This document shows positions 12,064-25,100 of a stretch of 64,000 nucleotides of DNA, in pieces. Positions within the stretch are counted from its first letter, which is position 1. Each line of letters begins with the position of its first letter. A model generated the notes under the pieces. That model worked only from the letters and a program-made list of their open reading frames with translations, had not been told where the DNA came from and searched no databases. Both the position numbers and the translations under genes were made by a program. The stretch covers positions 42,532,001 to 42,596,000 of the forward strand of contig OZ024743.1 in assembly GCA_964016885.1 (NCBI GenBank), written 5' to 3'. This stretch comes from Eledone cirrhosa. Lineage: Eukaryota.

Positions 12064-12139
<76 letters not shown>

Positions 12140-12140
12140 G

Positions 12141-13085
12141 TTCTTTGAGTCTCAGTCATTGATGTTAGTTAACTGGAAAGTTTGTTGAAATGAATATCAA
12201 GCCACTACCTGCAGCCTCAGATATTCAGGACGTATCGGAGGGTTCTTGCTGTTCCCAGCAAGCATGCCTTTTGAAGTGTTCAAAAAAGCCGGGCGGGGCC
12301 AATTTTCTTTAACCGTACGTGGAAACTTTTTGAGATAGTACCTAGTGCGCCTATGACAATCGGGACCACTTTGACTTCATGGCAGTTCCAAATCCTTTTT
12401 ACCTGCCACTTTAAGTCCTGGTATCGGTTAATTTTCTCCCTCTCCTTCTCTTGCACTCTCGTGTCGAATGGGCAGGACACATCCACAATCAGGCACGATC
12501 TTTTTTCCTTGTCCAAAACCACCATGTCAGGTCTATTGTGTTCCAGTTTCTTGTCCGTCTGTATCCTAAAATCCCATAGCACCTTCCCTGATCGTTTTCT
12601 ATCACCGACTCTGCCTTATGCTCATACCACTTCTCAGAATCTGGTAAATTGTTTACTTTGCATAGGTGCCAGTGGATCACCCTGCCCATCACATCATGTC
12701 ACCAGCCTTTATAGTGAGTCTGGGCTAGGTGTTTACACTCGGATACAGTGTGACCCACAGTCTCCGCTCTCTCTCTACAGATCCTGTTCAGATGGGCTCG
12801 CCTCTTCCTTGTAAATATGGTGTTTCAGCCACTTCGCTTTGAGGGCCTGCTCTTGCGCAGCCTTTAGCATTCCTTCTGTAGCCTGTTTAAGGTCTCCTCT
12901 TCTCAACCAGTTCCATGTCTGTGGATCTCTGAATTCCATTTTCACAAAGAAGGTACTATGAAGGGATTTTTCATGAAGGTTTCTCTTTCTCCTCGTTGTT
13001 ATTTCCTCCTTGGTCACCCCCTGGTCTATTGTCCTCTCCTTCAGTACAATTCTGAGCATTGGCTCCTTACTATCGGTCACGTATT
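12141..13085 (-). mobile_element. Family B copy B2; 5'-truncated, decayed
   Basis: Homologous to the B1 3' ~950 bp, with frameshifts. (TAA)n flanks. Confidence 0.92.
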
Positions 13086-13108
13086 TATTATTATTATTAT
13101 TATTATTA

Positions 13109-13668
13109 CAGCTGCATTTATCTTGCTTTATGTTCATACGAGTTATCACCAAGTCACAACTAGTGATCTCAAGAGACAACAAGGTCCGCCATGTTCAAGA
13201 AAGAACATACATACTCACACATGCATCTTTAGGTGTTTAGACTTGTGATGTACTTATATTGACAGAATCTTCCTCAGTATATGGGCAGTTCCCATTAGTA
13301 CTATCTTTTGTATTTCTCATATACGCGGGTTTCCTGGGATTTGCGATAAGTAATCATTAGACCCCTTAGGTATCATTCCTAGAGCGCCTACAACCACTGG
13401 TATTGTTTTAGTTCTCAATTTCTACATTTTTCCAATTTCTATCTCCGGGTCCTTATACTTGCTCAATTTTTCAAATGTTTTTGTAGATACATTCTTGTCT
13501 ATTGGAACGGACATATCAACCAGCAGGCATACCCTCTTTTTAAAGTCCTTCAGTATTATATTAGGTCTATTTGCATCTATTTTTCGGTCTGTTTGTATGC
13601 TAAAGTTCCACAAGATTGAGATGTGATATTTTTCAAATATGGGAGGTGGTTGATTCTCCCACCAATTA
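13109..13668 (-). mobile_element. Family A copy A3; 5'-truncated 3' fragment
   Basis: Same 3'UTR as A1/A2 and the WNFSIQTDRKIDANRP endonuclease segment. (TAA)n flanks. Confidence 0.92.
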
Positions 13669-13691
13669 TTATTATTATTATTATTATTATT

Positions 13692-16600
13692 CTTTGAGTC
13701 ATTGATGTTAGTTAAATGGAAAGTTTGTTGAAATGAATATCAAGCCACTACCTACAGCCTCAGATATTCAGGACGTATCGGAGGGTTCTTGCTGTTCCCA
13801 GCAAGCATGCCTTTTGAAGCGTTCCAAAAAGCGTGAAGGGGCCAATTTTCTTTAACCATCCCTGGAAACTTTTTGAGATAGTACCTAGTGCGCCTATGAC
13901 AATCGCGACCACTTTGACATCATGGCAGTTCCAAATCCTTTTTACCTCCCACTTTAAGTCCTGGTATCGGTTAATTTTATCCCTCTCCTTCTCTTGCACT
14001 CTCGTGTCGAATGGGCAGGGCACATCCACAATCAGGCACGATCTTTTTTCTTTGTCCACAACCACCTGGTCAGGTTTATTGTGTTCCAATTTCTTGTCTG
14101 TCTGTATCCTAAAATCCCACAGCACCTTCACCTGATCGTTTTCTATCACCGACTCTGGCGTATGCTCATACCACTTCTCATAATATTGTAAATTGTTTAC
14201 TTTGCATAGGTGCTAGTGGATTACCCCGCCTATCACATCATGTCTCCAGCCCTTATAGTGAGTCTGGGCTAGGTGTTTACACTCGGATACAATGTGAGCC
14301 ACAGTCTCCTCTCTCTCTCACCATAGATCCTGCACAGTGGGCTAGCCTCCTCCTTGTAAATATGGTGTTTCAACCACTTCGTTTTGAGGGCCTGCTCTTG
14401 CGCAGCCATTAACATTCCTTCTATAGTCTTTTTAAGGTCTCCTCTTTTCAACCAGTTCCATGTCTGTGGATCTCTGAATTCAGTTTTCTTAAAGAAGGTA
14501 ATACGAAGGGATTTTTCCTGAAGGCTGCTCTTTATCCTTGATGTTATTTCCTCCTTGGACATCCCCTGGTCTATTGTCCTCTCCTTCAGTACAGTTATGA
14601 GCATTAGCTCCTTACTATCAGTCACGTATTTGTGTAGGTTGTTTTTCTCCATCTGAACACAGTCCTCTATGCTGATAAGACCTCTTCCACCTTCAGATCT
14701 CCTTAAGTAGAGTCTATCGACATCACTCCTCTTGTGGAACATGTTGTAGATAGTCAATAGCTTCCTAGTCTTCCTATCTATTTCTTTTTGTTCAGCAACA
14801 TTCCATCTCAGAATTCCCGCACTGTACCTAATAATAGACACAGCTCGGGAATTTACTGCATTTATGGCATTCCTACTGTTCAGATGTGACTTTAATACGC
14901 TCCTTACTCTCCGAACGTATTCAGTTCTTATCAATTCCTTCATTTTTTTGTTCTTGATGTCATCAGCCTCCAGAACACCCAAATACTTGTATCCTTCTTC
15001 AGTGTTAATTTGCTTTATCATCTCACCTGTTGGTACCTGGATTCCGTTGCTTCTGCTCAATGTACCCCTCTTCATCACAAGGACTCCACACTTACTAATA
15101 CCAAATTGCATACATATATCATTGCTGAAAATACGGACAGTGTCAACAAGGACATCCAACTCCTTCTCACTCTTCCCGAAGAGCTTAAGATCGTCCATGA
15201 AGAGGAGGTGATTGATGGTAAGCCCTCCGTTTCCCAACCTGTATCCTGCTCTCACTTTTCGCAGTATACTGGTCAGGGGTATCAGGGCAAGGACAAACAA
15301 CAGAGGGGACAGACTATCTCCCTGGAAGATACCTCTATTGATCTTCACGCTTCCCAAGGATTCTCCAGTTGATGTTAACTCTGTTTCCCAGGACTTCATA
15401 CTTTTGCCCAACAACTGTCTGATGTTATCTGCCATCTTGAAGAACTCCGGGCTTTTGGTGATCCAAGAATGAGGCACCATGTCAAATGCTTTTTGTAGTC
15501 TATCCATCCCATGACAAGACCAGTGCGTCTCCTCTTGCAATTCCTCATTACCATCTTATCAATAAGTAACTGGTCCTTTGTACCACGGGATTCTTTCGGC
15601 ATCCTTTCTGTTCGTCCGGTAACAAGTTCTTTGTGTGGACGTGATGGTAGATTTCCTCAGACATAATGCTTGTCAACAGTTTCCACATTACGGACAGACA
15701 TGTGATAGGTCTATAGTTGGTAACATCATTACCCCTGATTCGGTCTTTCATTATCAGAACTGTGGTACTTTTTGTCAACCACTCTGGTACCTCACCTGAC
15801 ATCAAGCAGTCATTGAACATGGTTGTCAGTTTCGGGTGGAGGGATGTTATATTTTTAATCCAATACCCCTGCACACCATCTGGGCCTGGTGATTTCCAGT
15901 TGGTTAGTTTTTTGGCCTACCCTTTAAGAGTTTCAACTGTGATACTCAAATCAGTTTGTTGGTGTGCCTGTTCACTAATCTCCTTCTGTACTGTCTCAAT
16001 CCACACTGCCTGGTCATTATGTTTAACATCCTGCTTCCATATTCCTCTCCAGAATATTTTAGTTTGTTCCGCCTCAGGGATCAAGTCGATACCTCTTTCT
16101 TTCCCTTCAAGCTGTCCAAACAGCATCTTCTGGTTGTTGTCAAACATGCGGTTCTGTTTATACTGACTGACTCTGTTCTCGTATCGCCTGATGTTTGCAC
16201 TCTTTGCTACAATGCGTTGCTTCAGTTCCTCTATCATAATATTTAGCTTTTTCCTCCTAGTTTTGTACTTTATTTCCAGTCTACTTTTAGTGTCTATGTT
16301 TTTTAGTGTCCCATTCAGTAGGGACTCAAGATTTCCGATGTCATTTCTCATTTCCCTGATTTGACCACTCAGTCGTTTCTTCCAACAAGGCTCTGATCTT
16401 TCTTATTTGTTGTTTCCTCTCGCTTTGATACCAAGTAATTTCCTCACCGTATTTGCTGTTACTTTGAGGATATTGTTGCACTGGTGAAGGCTCCTCGCCT
16501 CAAAGTATGGGATGACTTTGTTTACCTTAGCTGTTGTTTCATTTAACTTTTTCCTGTCTACAAATCTTAGGTTCATAGGTTTCCCACTATCATTGTTCAA

Positions 16601-17645
16601 TTCATCTACCACTTAGTTTAGGATATCAACCAAATCTTGTCCTAGCCGGTCAGCATTCATCTCCTCAGTGGCCGTATCTCTGTTCCAGGTATTATTTATT
16701 TCAGCATTCAGATCATTGTCTGCTTCGGATGCTTTCTCCGTTCTCTCGATCTCTTCGCCTTCATTTCCCACTGGCTCAGTTGCCTGGCATACTCCGCTCT
16801 CCATTTCCAAGCTAATCTCTCTGCTCAGTTCCTCCAGTTCCAGCTCGCTTATCCACCCATTAGTTCTTATTACCCGAGCCTGCCCGGCCAATTTTTGTTC
16901 ATCTAATTTAAATAGACCAATCTCGTTCCAGATGTTATGCATCCGTTTCCTATAGCCTTTCTCCTTGGGGTTACTCTTCAGGTAACATTGCATAACAGTT
17001 CTATTCAATTCTTTCGTCCACTTGGTTCTGGTCACTTTCCTTCTTTTTTCCTCCGACACCAGCAGTATTTGGTTGACAGCCAGGTTGCTGCTGCTGAGTC
17101 AGGGAGCACCTGTTGTGTGAGAGTCTGTCATATGACATTCTAGTCTCCATTTCACCGTTATTCGAACTGCTTAGGTTCGACATTTAAACACTCTTATCGA
17201 GGATTGGCGAATGTATGGTTACATAACCACCGGTGATTTTTGTGTGGCATTATCACGCTGTAGACGAACCCAAATAAACAAACAAACAAACAGGCAGAAA
17301 AAAACCCAAAAATGAATAAGCATAAGTTTCATTGTAATGTAGTGTTTGAATGTCTGACTTAGTTTTTCCCTTCCCTTTTCTGTCCGTCCGTTTGTTTTTC
17401 TCTTCATTTTTATTTCCTTTACATTTTTCGTTGTTGCTGTGCTGCTTTGATTTTAATTTTTGTTTTTTTTTATTTTGACCGGGCCATCAATTCAGTCTAT
17501 TTATATATTTTGATGCCTTCCTCTTTTAGTGAGAATTCTACACTGTAGCAAGGGCTAGCGGGAGAGAATAGCGGCGGTAGTGACACTGAGGCAGCGGCGG
17601 CGGCGGCGATGGCGGTGCTGTGCTAGCAGCAACTAGCAGGAGGTA
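13692..17645 (-). mobile_element. Family B copy B3; near full length, decayed
   Basis: Colinear with B1 through the ORF and most of the 5'UTR, with stops and frameshifts. (TAA)n flanks. Confidence 0.92.
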
Positions 17646-17647
17646 TG

Positions 17648-17690
<43 letters not shown>

Positions 17691-18660
17691 TTATTATTAT
17701 TGTTATTATTCTCTTTCTCCTCCTTCTGCTTCACCCACTTATTCCTGAGAGCGTCAAGGGCGCAGAGAACTTGAGCGTGTCCTGTCAAAAGCAACCATCG
17801 GTAATTGATCTGGGGCGATCCACAAGCGAGACCAGCCAAGCTCATGAATGTTATTCAACCATCTTGTGCGGGATCAACTGGTTGGTTTTGCCCGTAAAAG
17901 TCTGTCCAGCGATTCTTTCCTGGGACCTTGTAATCACATGCCTATATTATCGGAGCTGTCATCTCTAAAATCGAAGATGTGCTGGCTCTACTAGAAGTGA
18001 CTCTATTCTCCGAGCTACCCACTTTATCGAATAAAGTTAATCGAAAGACCCTTCGGACGAAACCTATTTCGGCCGCTTTTATTCGCGATAGTATTCTTTC
18101 GGTTATTACCCAATATGCATGACCATCGATGACGGTTGGCGCGAATACCGAATTGAAGATAGCTAGTTTGGTTTTTACGCCTAGCTCACTTCTTCTGACA
18201 ACTGAATGCTGAAGCTGGTGTATTACTGCACCAGCTCCTGCAATTCTTGCACTTGTACGTTTAAATACAACTTCTTAACTTATCATGTTAGCTGTCTATG
18301 AATTAACCGATAACTTTATGAGATGCCTTACTTTTACCTGCTGTACAAAATAGCACAGGAATGTATGCTTAGTTCGTACACGGAAAGGTTTCAAATCAGA
18401 TTTGCATCCCCTGTTACAAGCATAAATTTCTACTGTTCGGAGAGAGTTTTAGCCGAGGAACAACAATTGACCTTTTTCATATTTTTGTCCAGGTGCCTGA
18501 ATGAGGTGTATGTTTAAAAGTACCTCCTCATTGACTGGACCCCAAAACCAAAATTAGCACATACATGTTAAGTGTATGTAACTTTGTTTATACTAAATAA
18601 ACGCTTTTCGAACACATTGAGCACTGCTCTCATTGATCTTTCGTATACGGACTTCAACTA

Positions 18661-18725
<65 letters not shown>

Positions 18726-18779
18726 CAATGAGATTAAAAACCTTTCTTGTATAGCAAACCATGTCAATCTTCTTTCCTG

Positions 18780-18870
<91 letters not shown>

Positions 18871-18898
18871 TATATATGTATATATATATATATATATA

Positions 18899-19554
18899 TA
18901 TTGCACCAACGTGAGGTATATGATTTTTAATGCAATGAAATATCTATGATCGTTGGCAAATCACTGATGAGGGACTCATTTTATAACATGTTATCCATGT
19001 GCAACCTGCAGTATTCTTCTCCCCATTTTTTCACATATATTTACCTAAACTGCGATTCTGTTTTTCTCTCTCTCTCTCTCTTACTGCTCCCTCGTTCTCT
19101 CTGTTTCTCCTACTTTCTTTCGCTCCCTTTGTCATGTCAGTTAACTCTTCCTCACACTTCCACTCACTCACTCACTGTTTCTCCCCTTCTCACTTCACCC
19201 CGTTCGCGACGAATACATTTTCCTTCTTTCTTACATTTGGATTCATCTCGAAAGGACTTTTTTTCTAAGCGCTCATATATTCACCTAGCTTATGCTAACA
19301 GAATAACTATGTAGCTTGTTCCCTTCCTATCTACGGTTAGCTTTCCTCTTTATTGTTTACTTGTCTCACTCGCTTTACGCGTTTTAATTGTCTTAATAAC
19401 TTAATTTAGTTATTATTGCACCAACGTGAGGTATATGATTTTTAATGCAATGAAATATCTATGATCGTTGGCAAATCACTGATGAGGGACTCATTTTATA
19501 ACATGTTATCCATGTGCAACCTGCAGTATTCTTCTCCCCATTTTTTCACATATA
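18899..19554. repeat. Direct repeat of ~140 bp with 515 nt period, between (TA)n tracts
   Basis: TTGCACCAACGTGAGG...TTTTCACATATAT occurs at 18901 and 19416, essentially identical. Confidence 0.9.
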
Positions 19555-20211
19555 TATATATATATATAAATCAGGAAAGAAGATTGACACGGTTTGCTAT
19601 ACAAAAATGGTTTTTAATCTCATTGCTGACAATTGTTTCTCTGAACTGGTAGGTCTAGAGATCGCTATTCGCTTGTTTTCACGTTACTCGATCGCCAATA
19701 CAAAATTATAACCAGTCAGTTCTTCGGAGCATGCGAGAATGAAGAGGATATACAGGCATGAAAGGAATATACAGGCTACTATATGAAGTAGTAATGGCAT
19801 TCAGTTACAACAATAACACAATAACAACAATTACAACAATGCTAGTAATAAATTATTTGAGATGATCCTGACATTATACTAGGTGGGGGGGGGGGGGGTA
19901 GAGTGTATCTAAGATGTTGGCGTGTAAAACTAGCTGACATGAAGCAGAAGTATAAAGTTGACATGTAAAGATTGTCGTAGGGTGTATTATATCAATTTTA
20001 AAGATAAGCCGGTGTTTATAAACAATGTAGGTCAGGTGGCCGTAATGTTCAGTTTTTATCTGACCGACGAAGCATTTATCACTGAGTAGAATTTGTGTGG
20101 TCTATATTAGATGAGAGTACAGTCTCTCTTTTCCATCCTCAATAATATACATGTATAGGACAACACTGTCAAAGCTAAATAATCGGCAAGTTAATACAGA
20201 GGTTAAGGAGG

Positions 20212-20260
<49 letters not shown>

Positions 20261-20329
20261 TATATAGACACACACGCACGTGCACACGAGCCTAGTGTAC
20301 ATGTGCACGGTCAACTCGGATAACTCAAC

Positions 20330-20660
20330 CTGACATTACATTGGATCCACTGCGGGTTCTTTTAAAATAAGATGGTATGTGCACAGGAACTCGATGAAAA
20401 ATCGTGCACTCATGGGTTCCACAACCCTCGCCAAAAAAATATGGGAACTGAAGGACAACAACACTAACTACAGTATTAACTGGTCGAGGTTGTCGGCTGA
20501 TAAAACCTATAGTACAGGTATGTCCCACTGCGGGCTATGTGATCTAGAACTAATGTATATCCTTAAAAATGTGAAAAGGCTACTTAACAATAAGCTAGAA
20601 AGATCTATCTTCTGCAGACATAGAATTGCCACTAAATTCATAAGATTCAAACCTCCGTGA
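20330..20660 (+). pseudogene. PLE GIY-YIG endonuclease C-terminal fragment
   Basis: STTLAKKIWELKDNNTNYSINW...CGLCDLELMYIL...LLNNKLERSIFCRHR matches the typical PLE tail (IW.LK...C.LC..E...LLN.R.E....CRH). Confidence 0.8.
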
Positions 20661-20997
20661 ATCGAACCAACATAACATAGCTTTAAACTAGGATACCCAC
20701 TACCCTGCATGAATCACCACAGAAATATACTCATTAAGTACATTCTAGCCTTCTCAGTTCTATACCACACAAATGTCTGTAAGTACCTCATCAACCCATA
20801 AACTTATTTCTTCTCAGCTGCTGTCATCACATGATCCTAAATCCAAGAAATGTTCAAAACACTACTACAATGTAACTTTACCTTCCTCTTGCCATAATTA
20901 TAGTCAACATGTTTTTCTCTTTGCATGTATGTACGTATTTGTACGAGTGTGTATTGATGAGTATGTATATGTCTGTGTGCACGTGCGTGTGTGTATA

Positions 20998-21054
<57 letters not shown>

Positions 21055-21517
21055 CCTCCTTAACCTCTGTATTAACTTGCCGATTATTTAGCTTTGACAG
21101 TGTTGTCCTATACATGTATATTATTGAGGATGGAAAAGAGAGACTGTACTCTCATCTAATATAGACCACACAAATTCTACTCAGTGATAAATGCTTCGTC
21201 GGTCAGATAAAAACTGAACATTACGGCCACCTGACCTACATTGTTTATAAACACCGGCTTATCTTTAAAATTGATATAATACACCCTACGACAATCTTTA
21301 CATGTCAACTTTATACTTCTGCTTCATGTCAGCTAGTTTTACACGCCAAAATCTTAGATACACTCTACCCCCCACCTAGTATAATGTCAGGATCATCTCA
21401 AATAATTTATTACTAAATTGTTGTAATTGTTGTTATTGTTATAACTGAATGCCATTATTACTTCATATAGTAGCCTGTATATTCCTTTCATTCCTGTATA
21501 TCCTCTTCATTCTCGCA

Positions 21518-21625
21518 TGCTCCGAAGAACTGACTGGTTATAATTTTGTATTGGCGATCGAGTAACGTGAAAACAAGCGAGTAGCGATCTCTAGACCTAC
21601 CAGTTCAGAGAAACAATTGTCAGCA
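21518..21625 (+). ncRNA. Type I hammerhead-like ribozyme with enlarged stem II (inverted copy at 19624-19731, minus strand)
   Basis: TGCT-CCGAAGA-[A CTGA CTGGT...ACCAG T TCAG A]-GAAA-CAATTG-TC-AGCA. Stem I is TGCT/AGCA, loop III is palindromic, the site is GUC, and the core has a U4C variant. Confidence 0.7.
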
Positions 21626-21851
21626 ATGAGATTAAAAACCTTTTTTGTATAGCAAACCGTGTCAATCTTCTTTCCTGATTTATTATTACTCCAAGTGTTT
21701 ACAACATAGGAATTACAGCATACTCGCAACATCACTATGAAAACGCCTTGTTGAGTCAAACTTAGCCGAGCGTTGATATCATCCACTACCCGGAATACCA
21801 TAACTGGACTACACCTAAGTGGACTGCATATAAATATTATTTGTTACCCCG

Positions 21852-21947
<96 letters not shown>

Positions 21948-22164
21948 TATTGCTTTATTTACCATAAAGGCATAAAAAGAAGGGACAAATACAATGGGGA
22001 AGTTTACATACAATCGAGTAAAAAGGGTGTAACATGAAAATAATCGAAAATAACCTCAAAAGGGAGGGGACGTGATGGGGGTTGCACACACCCCCGAAAA
22101 AGTGTGCAATCCTTTGCCCGGGGAGCATATGGAGAAGGTGCTCCCCTCTCCTTTACTTCTTTAC

Positions 22165-25100
22165 CTACAGGATGGTATACAGAGAAGGCCCATTTACACG
22201 AGCCATTCTCGCCACTATCACCCACCTTTCATAAAACTGCCTGTGGCCAAGCACCTCTCTCTCCATTCTTATCCTTCTTCCGAAGTGATATCGGAAGAGG
22301 TAGACCAGACTATGGCCAGAGAGGAAGTTGCCTGACCTCAGACCTTTCAATCGTGTCCACCAAACAACCTCTTTCAACATGGCTATTACGCACAGAAAAA
22401 CCGCCTTTGCTTCCTTTGTGAAGAGGGGAGGCGGTTTGATTGTCATCACGGATTCGGCGGTCAATTGAATCGGCGCCACCCGCGACAGCAGTTGTTCGGC
22501 GTAGCCCCACAGATCAGCCACGCCCGGACATTGCACCAATGCGTGCGCAACGGTTTCTTCGTGACGCACGCATCTAGGGCAAATCTTTTTTGAGGGATCC
22601 CTGCCCGGGCGCCCGTGTCTGTAGAGCCTCTCTCGAACGGGTAGAGCCCCCCGGTAGCACTGCCAGGCCAGTGACTTCTGGAAGTTGTCCATTGGTCCTG
22701 GGCCGAAAGTCCTACCGAACAGGCTGGCCAGTTCGTCTTCTTCCATGTCCAGCGACCCTCCAAGGGTGTCATCGCCCCTGCTAGCCACCAGCCCTCTATA
22801 GAATGATGAGGTGGTTTCTCTACCGATGGCCTGGCCCGCTTGCCAGAGAGCCCTGAGCGCCTGAGCACACTCAGTGTGCCAGTCTCCCAGTTTTCCGGAT
22901 CTTTGCTTGACCCAGGACTGTAGCTCGGTGAGCGAAACGAGTCTCGGAAAGGCTCGTTTCACGAACGGAGCCCACACCGGTTGACCAGTGAGGAATACCT
23001 GTAGGTGCCGTAGCCTTAATGCGTGCCTACGCATCATCAACCACGGCATCCCCAGCCCTCCTTTCGAAGGTTGTTGGCAGCAGATGGATCTTCTCACCAT
23101 AGGAGGGCGCTTCTTCCAAAGAACTTGGAAGAGCATGCGTTCCATGGTGGTGAGTGTTTCCTAGGGCAAGGCACGACAGTCAAGCGGTAGTAAGTGACGG
23201 ACGCTATGTAAATGTTCGCCACCTCCGCCCGGCCTTTTAGGGACAGATTACACTTGGCCCATTTCTGGGTTAGTGCAAACACCGTGTTCGTAACCTCGTT
23301 CCAGTTCTTTTCCACCTGGAGGTCCGGTCCAAACCAGACCCCAAGCAACTTTACCGGGCCCTCCGTCCAGTGTCCGACGACACCGTCAGGAGGCATCGGT
23401 CTGCCTCTCCACGTTCCGAGTTGCAGCCCGATGGATTTTTCCCGGTTCAGTTTCGCTCCTGACAACCTTTCGTAATCCTCCAGTAAGGTACCGATCGCAT
23501 CGATGCCGAGTCGGTCGATACCATTACTGTTACGTCATCGGCGTAGGCCGACACCGCTTTGCTCAATCCTGGTTCCAGGGGGATACCCTGCAACAACTCC
23601 AACTTCCTCAGTAAAGGCTCGAGAGTCAATACGTACAGATGGGAGGAGAGAGGGCACCCCTGTCGAATGGATCGTTTGATTTCGAACGGCTTCGAAAGGT
23701 AGCCGTTCACCTTGATCCTAGAACAGATGTGGTTGCTATGTAAGGCAGTGATCCAGCCTCCATAAACAGGACCGAACCCAGCCGCCGCTAGCACCGCATC
23801 CAGGTAACCATGGTCGACCCTATCGAAGGCCTTAGACTGATCCAAGTTGATCAGGGCCCCACCGAAGCCGGGTTTGTTGCCAACCCTCTCTATGATGTAT
23901 CGCATGAGGTGGAGGTTATCGTGAATGGACCGGATGGGATAGCACATGTCTGCGCATCTCCCACCAGGCCACCCACGACAAGCGCCAACCTCTTTGCTAA
24001 CACCTTGGCCAAAATCTTTAACTCTGCGTTTAGCAGGGTTATGGGCCGAAAATTATTTATACTATCTCCCTTGTCTCGTCCTTCCTCACCAGCGTGACTA
24101 CGCCCTTGGCTACAGAACAAGGAATTCTCCCGTTCTGCTGCCAATTGTAGTAGACCGCTTCGAGGAGTTCGGAGAAGAAGACCGACATTGCTAAATAAAG
24201 TTCGTAAGGTATACCATCGAGACCTGGAGATTTGCGTCTGCTGCATTGGCTCAGCGCATCTCCGATCTCATCAGCCGAGATTGGTCCCTCGCAGGACTCT
24301 GCCTCTTCGCTCGAGAGACGCGGACCCTCGCCTCCCCCGAATAATCGGGCAAAGTGCCTTTGAAAGGCCTCGCACATCTGCTTAGGCTCCCGGATCACCC
24401 GTCCATCTTCGTCTTGCAACGACCGGATGGTGGATCGATTTCCACTCTTAGCTTCTGTCACGCGGGCCCAGCCAACGGCTTTGGTCCCCTCATTACCTAG
24501 AGCACGTATTTTACTTCGAATGACGCAGCCTTCGTGCTTTGCATCGAAAAACTGGTTCAAGGCCGTCCTCGATGCCAGCACTCTGGCCACATCTTCGCTC
24601 TTGATTGCCTCTTCTAATTTACCTGTTAATTCTTTCTCGTTTCTATTCCTATCGGCAGCTAACATCTTGCTATAACTTATTGATTCTGTTCTAATCTCTC
24701 TTTTGAGAGATGCCCACCATCGGTTGTTGACGATTGCACCCGTCAACCTCTCCTTAACTAATCTGCTAATCCGGTTTCTGTAAGTCTCTTTTGCCGGTAA
24801 AGACAAATTAAGTTTCCAGTAACCGGGACCCTGTTTATGTGTTTTCTCGAGATTGACTACGCAGGTCACTAATTTGTGATCCGTGTAGCCCACCGTGCGC
24901 ATTTCTGGACAGCTTAATATATCCCTATCCTTTCTTCTAACTAAGAATCTATCTAAGTACGATCTAGATTGACCACTGTGGTTTCTCCAAGTCTAGGTAG
25001 GCACAGTTGGAAAATCTAGTCGATATCTATAGACCAAGTTAAAACGGTCGAGTAACCCCTTGAGGCTGTTACACCCCCTCTATTAGGACATGCTCCTGCA

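Larger units (their letters stand above)
7528..12064 (-). mobile_element. R4/Dong-like element family B copy B1; probably full length (~4.5 kb, ~1 kb 5'UTR)
   Basis: ORFs 10369..10995 and 7602..10289 are separated by a single extra T near 10390. The upstream non-coding region is shared with copy B3 and runs to the next (TAA)n at 12065. Confidence 0.92.
19568..21683 (+). mobile_element. 5'-truncated Penelope-like element with an inverted copy of its terminal repeat (arms ~19568-20287 and ~20975-21683)
   Basis: ~700 bp inverted repeat. The spacer encodes a GIY-YIG C-terminus, and each arm carries a hammerhead motif. Confidence 0.85.

Noticed and set aside
1371-17143. Plus-strand ORFs repeated across the array (e.g. 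8704..9051, 9559..10008)
   Set aside because: Antisense shadows of the retrotransposon ORFs. They recur only because the copies are homologous.
504-17710. Repeat-spacer or CRISPR-like periodicity, or a retron-like RT system
   Set aside because: The separators are simple TAA tracts and the units are eukaryotic non-LTR elements. No cas genes or msr-msd structure.
18040-18066. GAAAGACCCTTCGGACGAAAC as a hammerhead
   Set aside because: No CUGANGA core and no stem I pairing.
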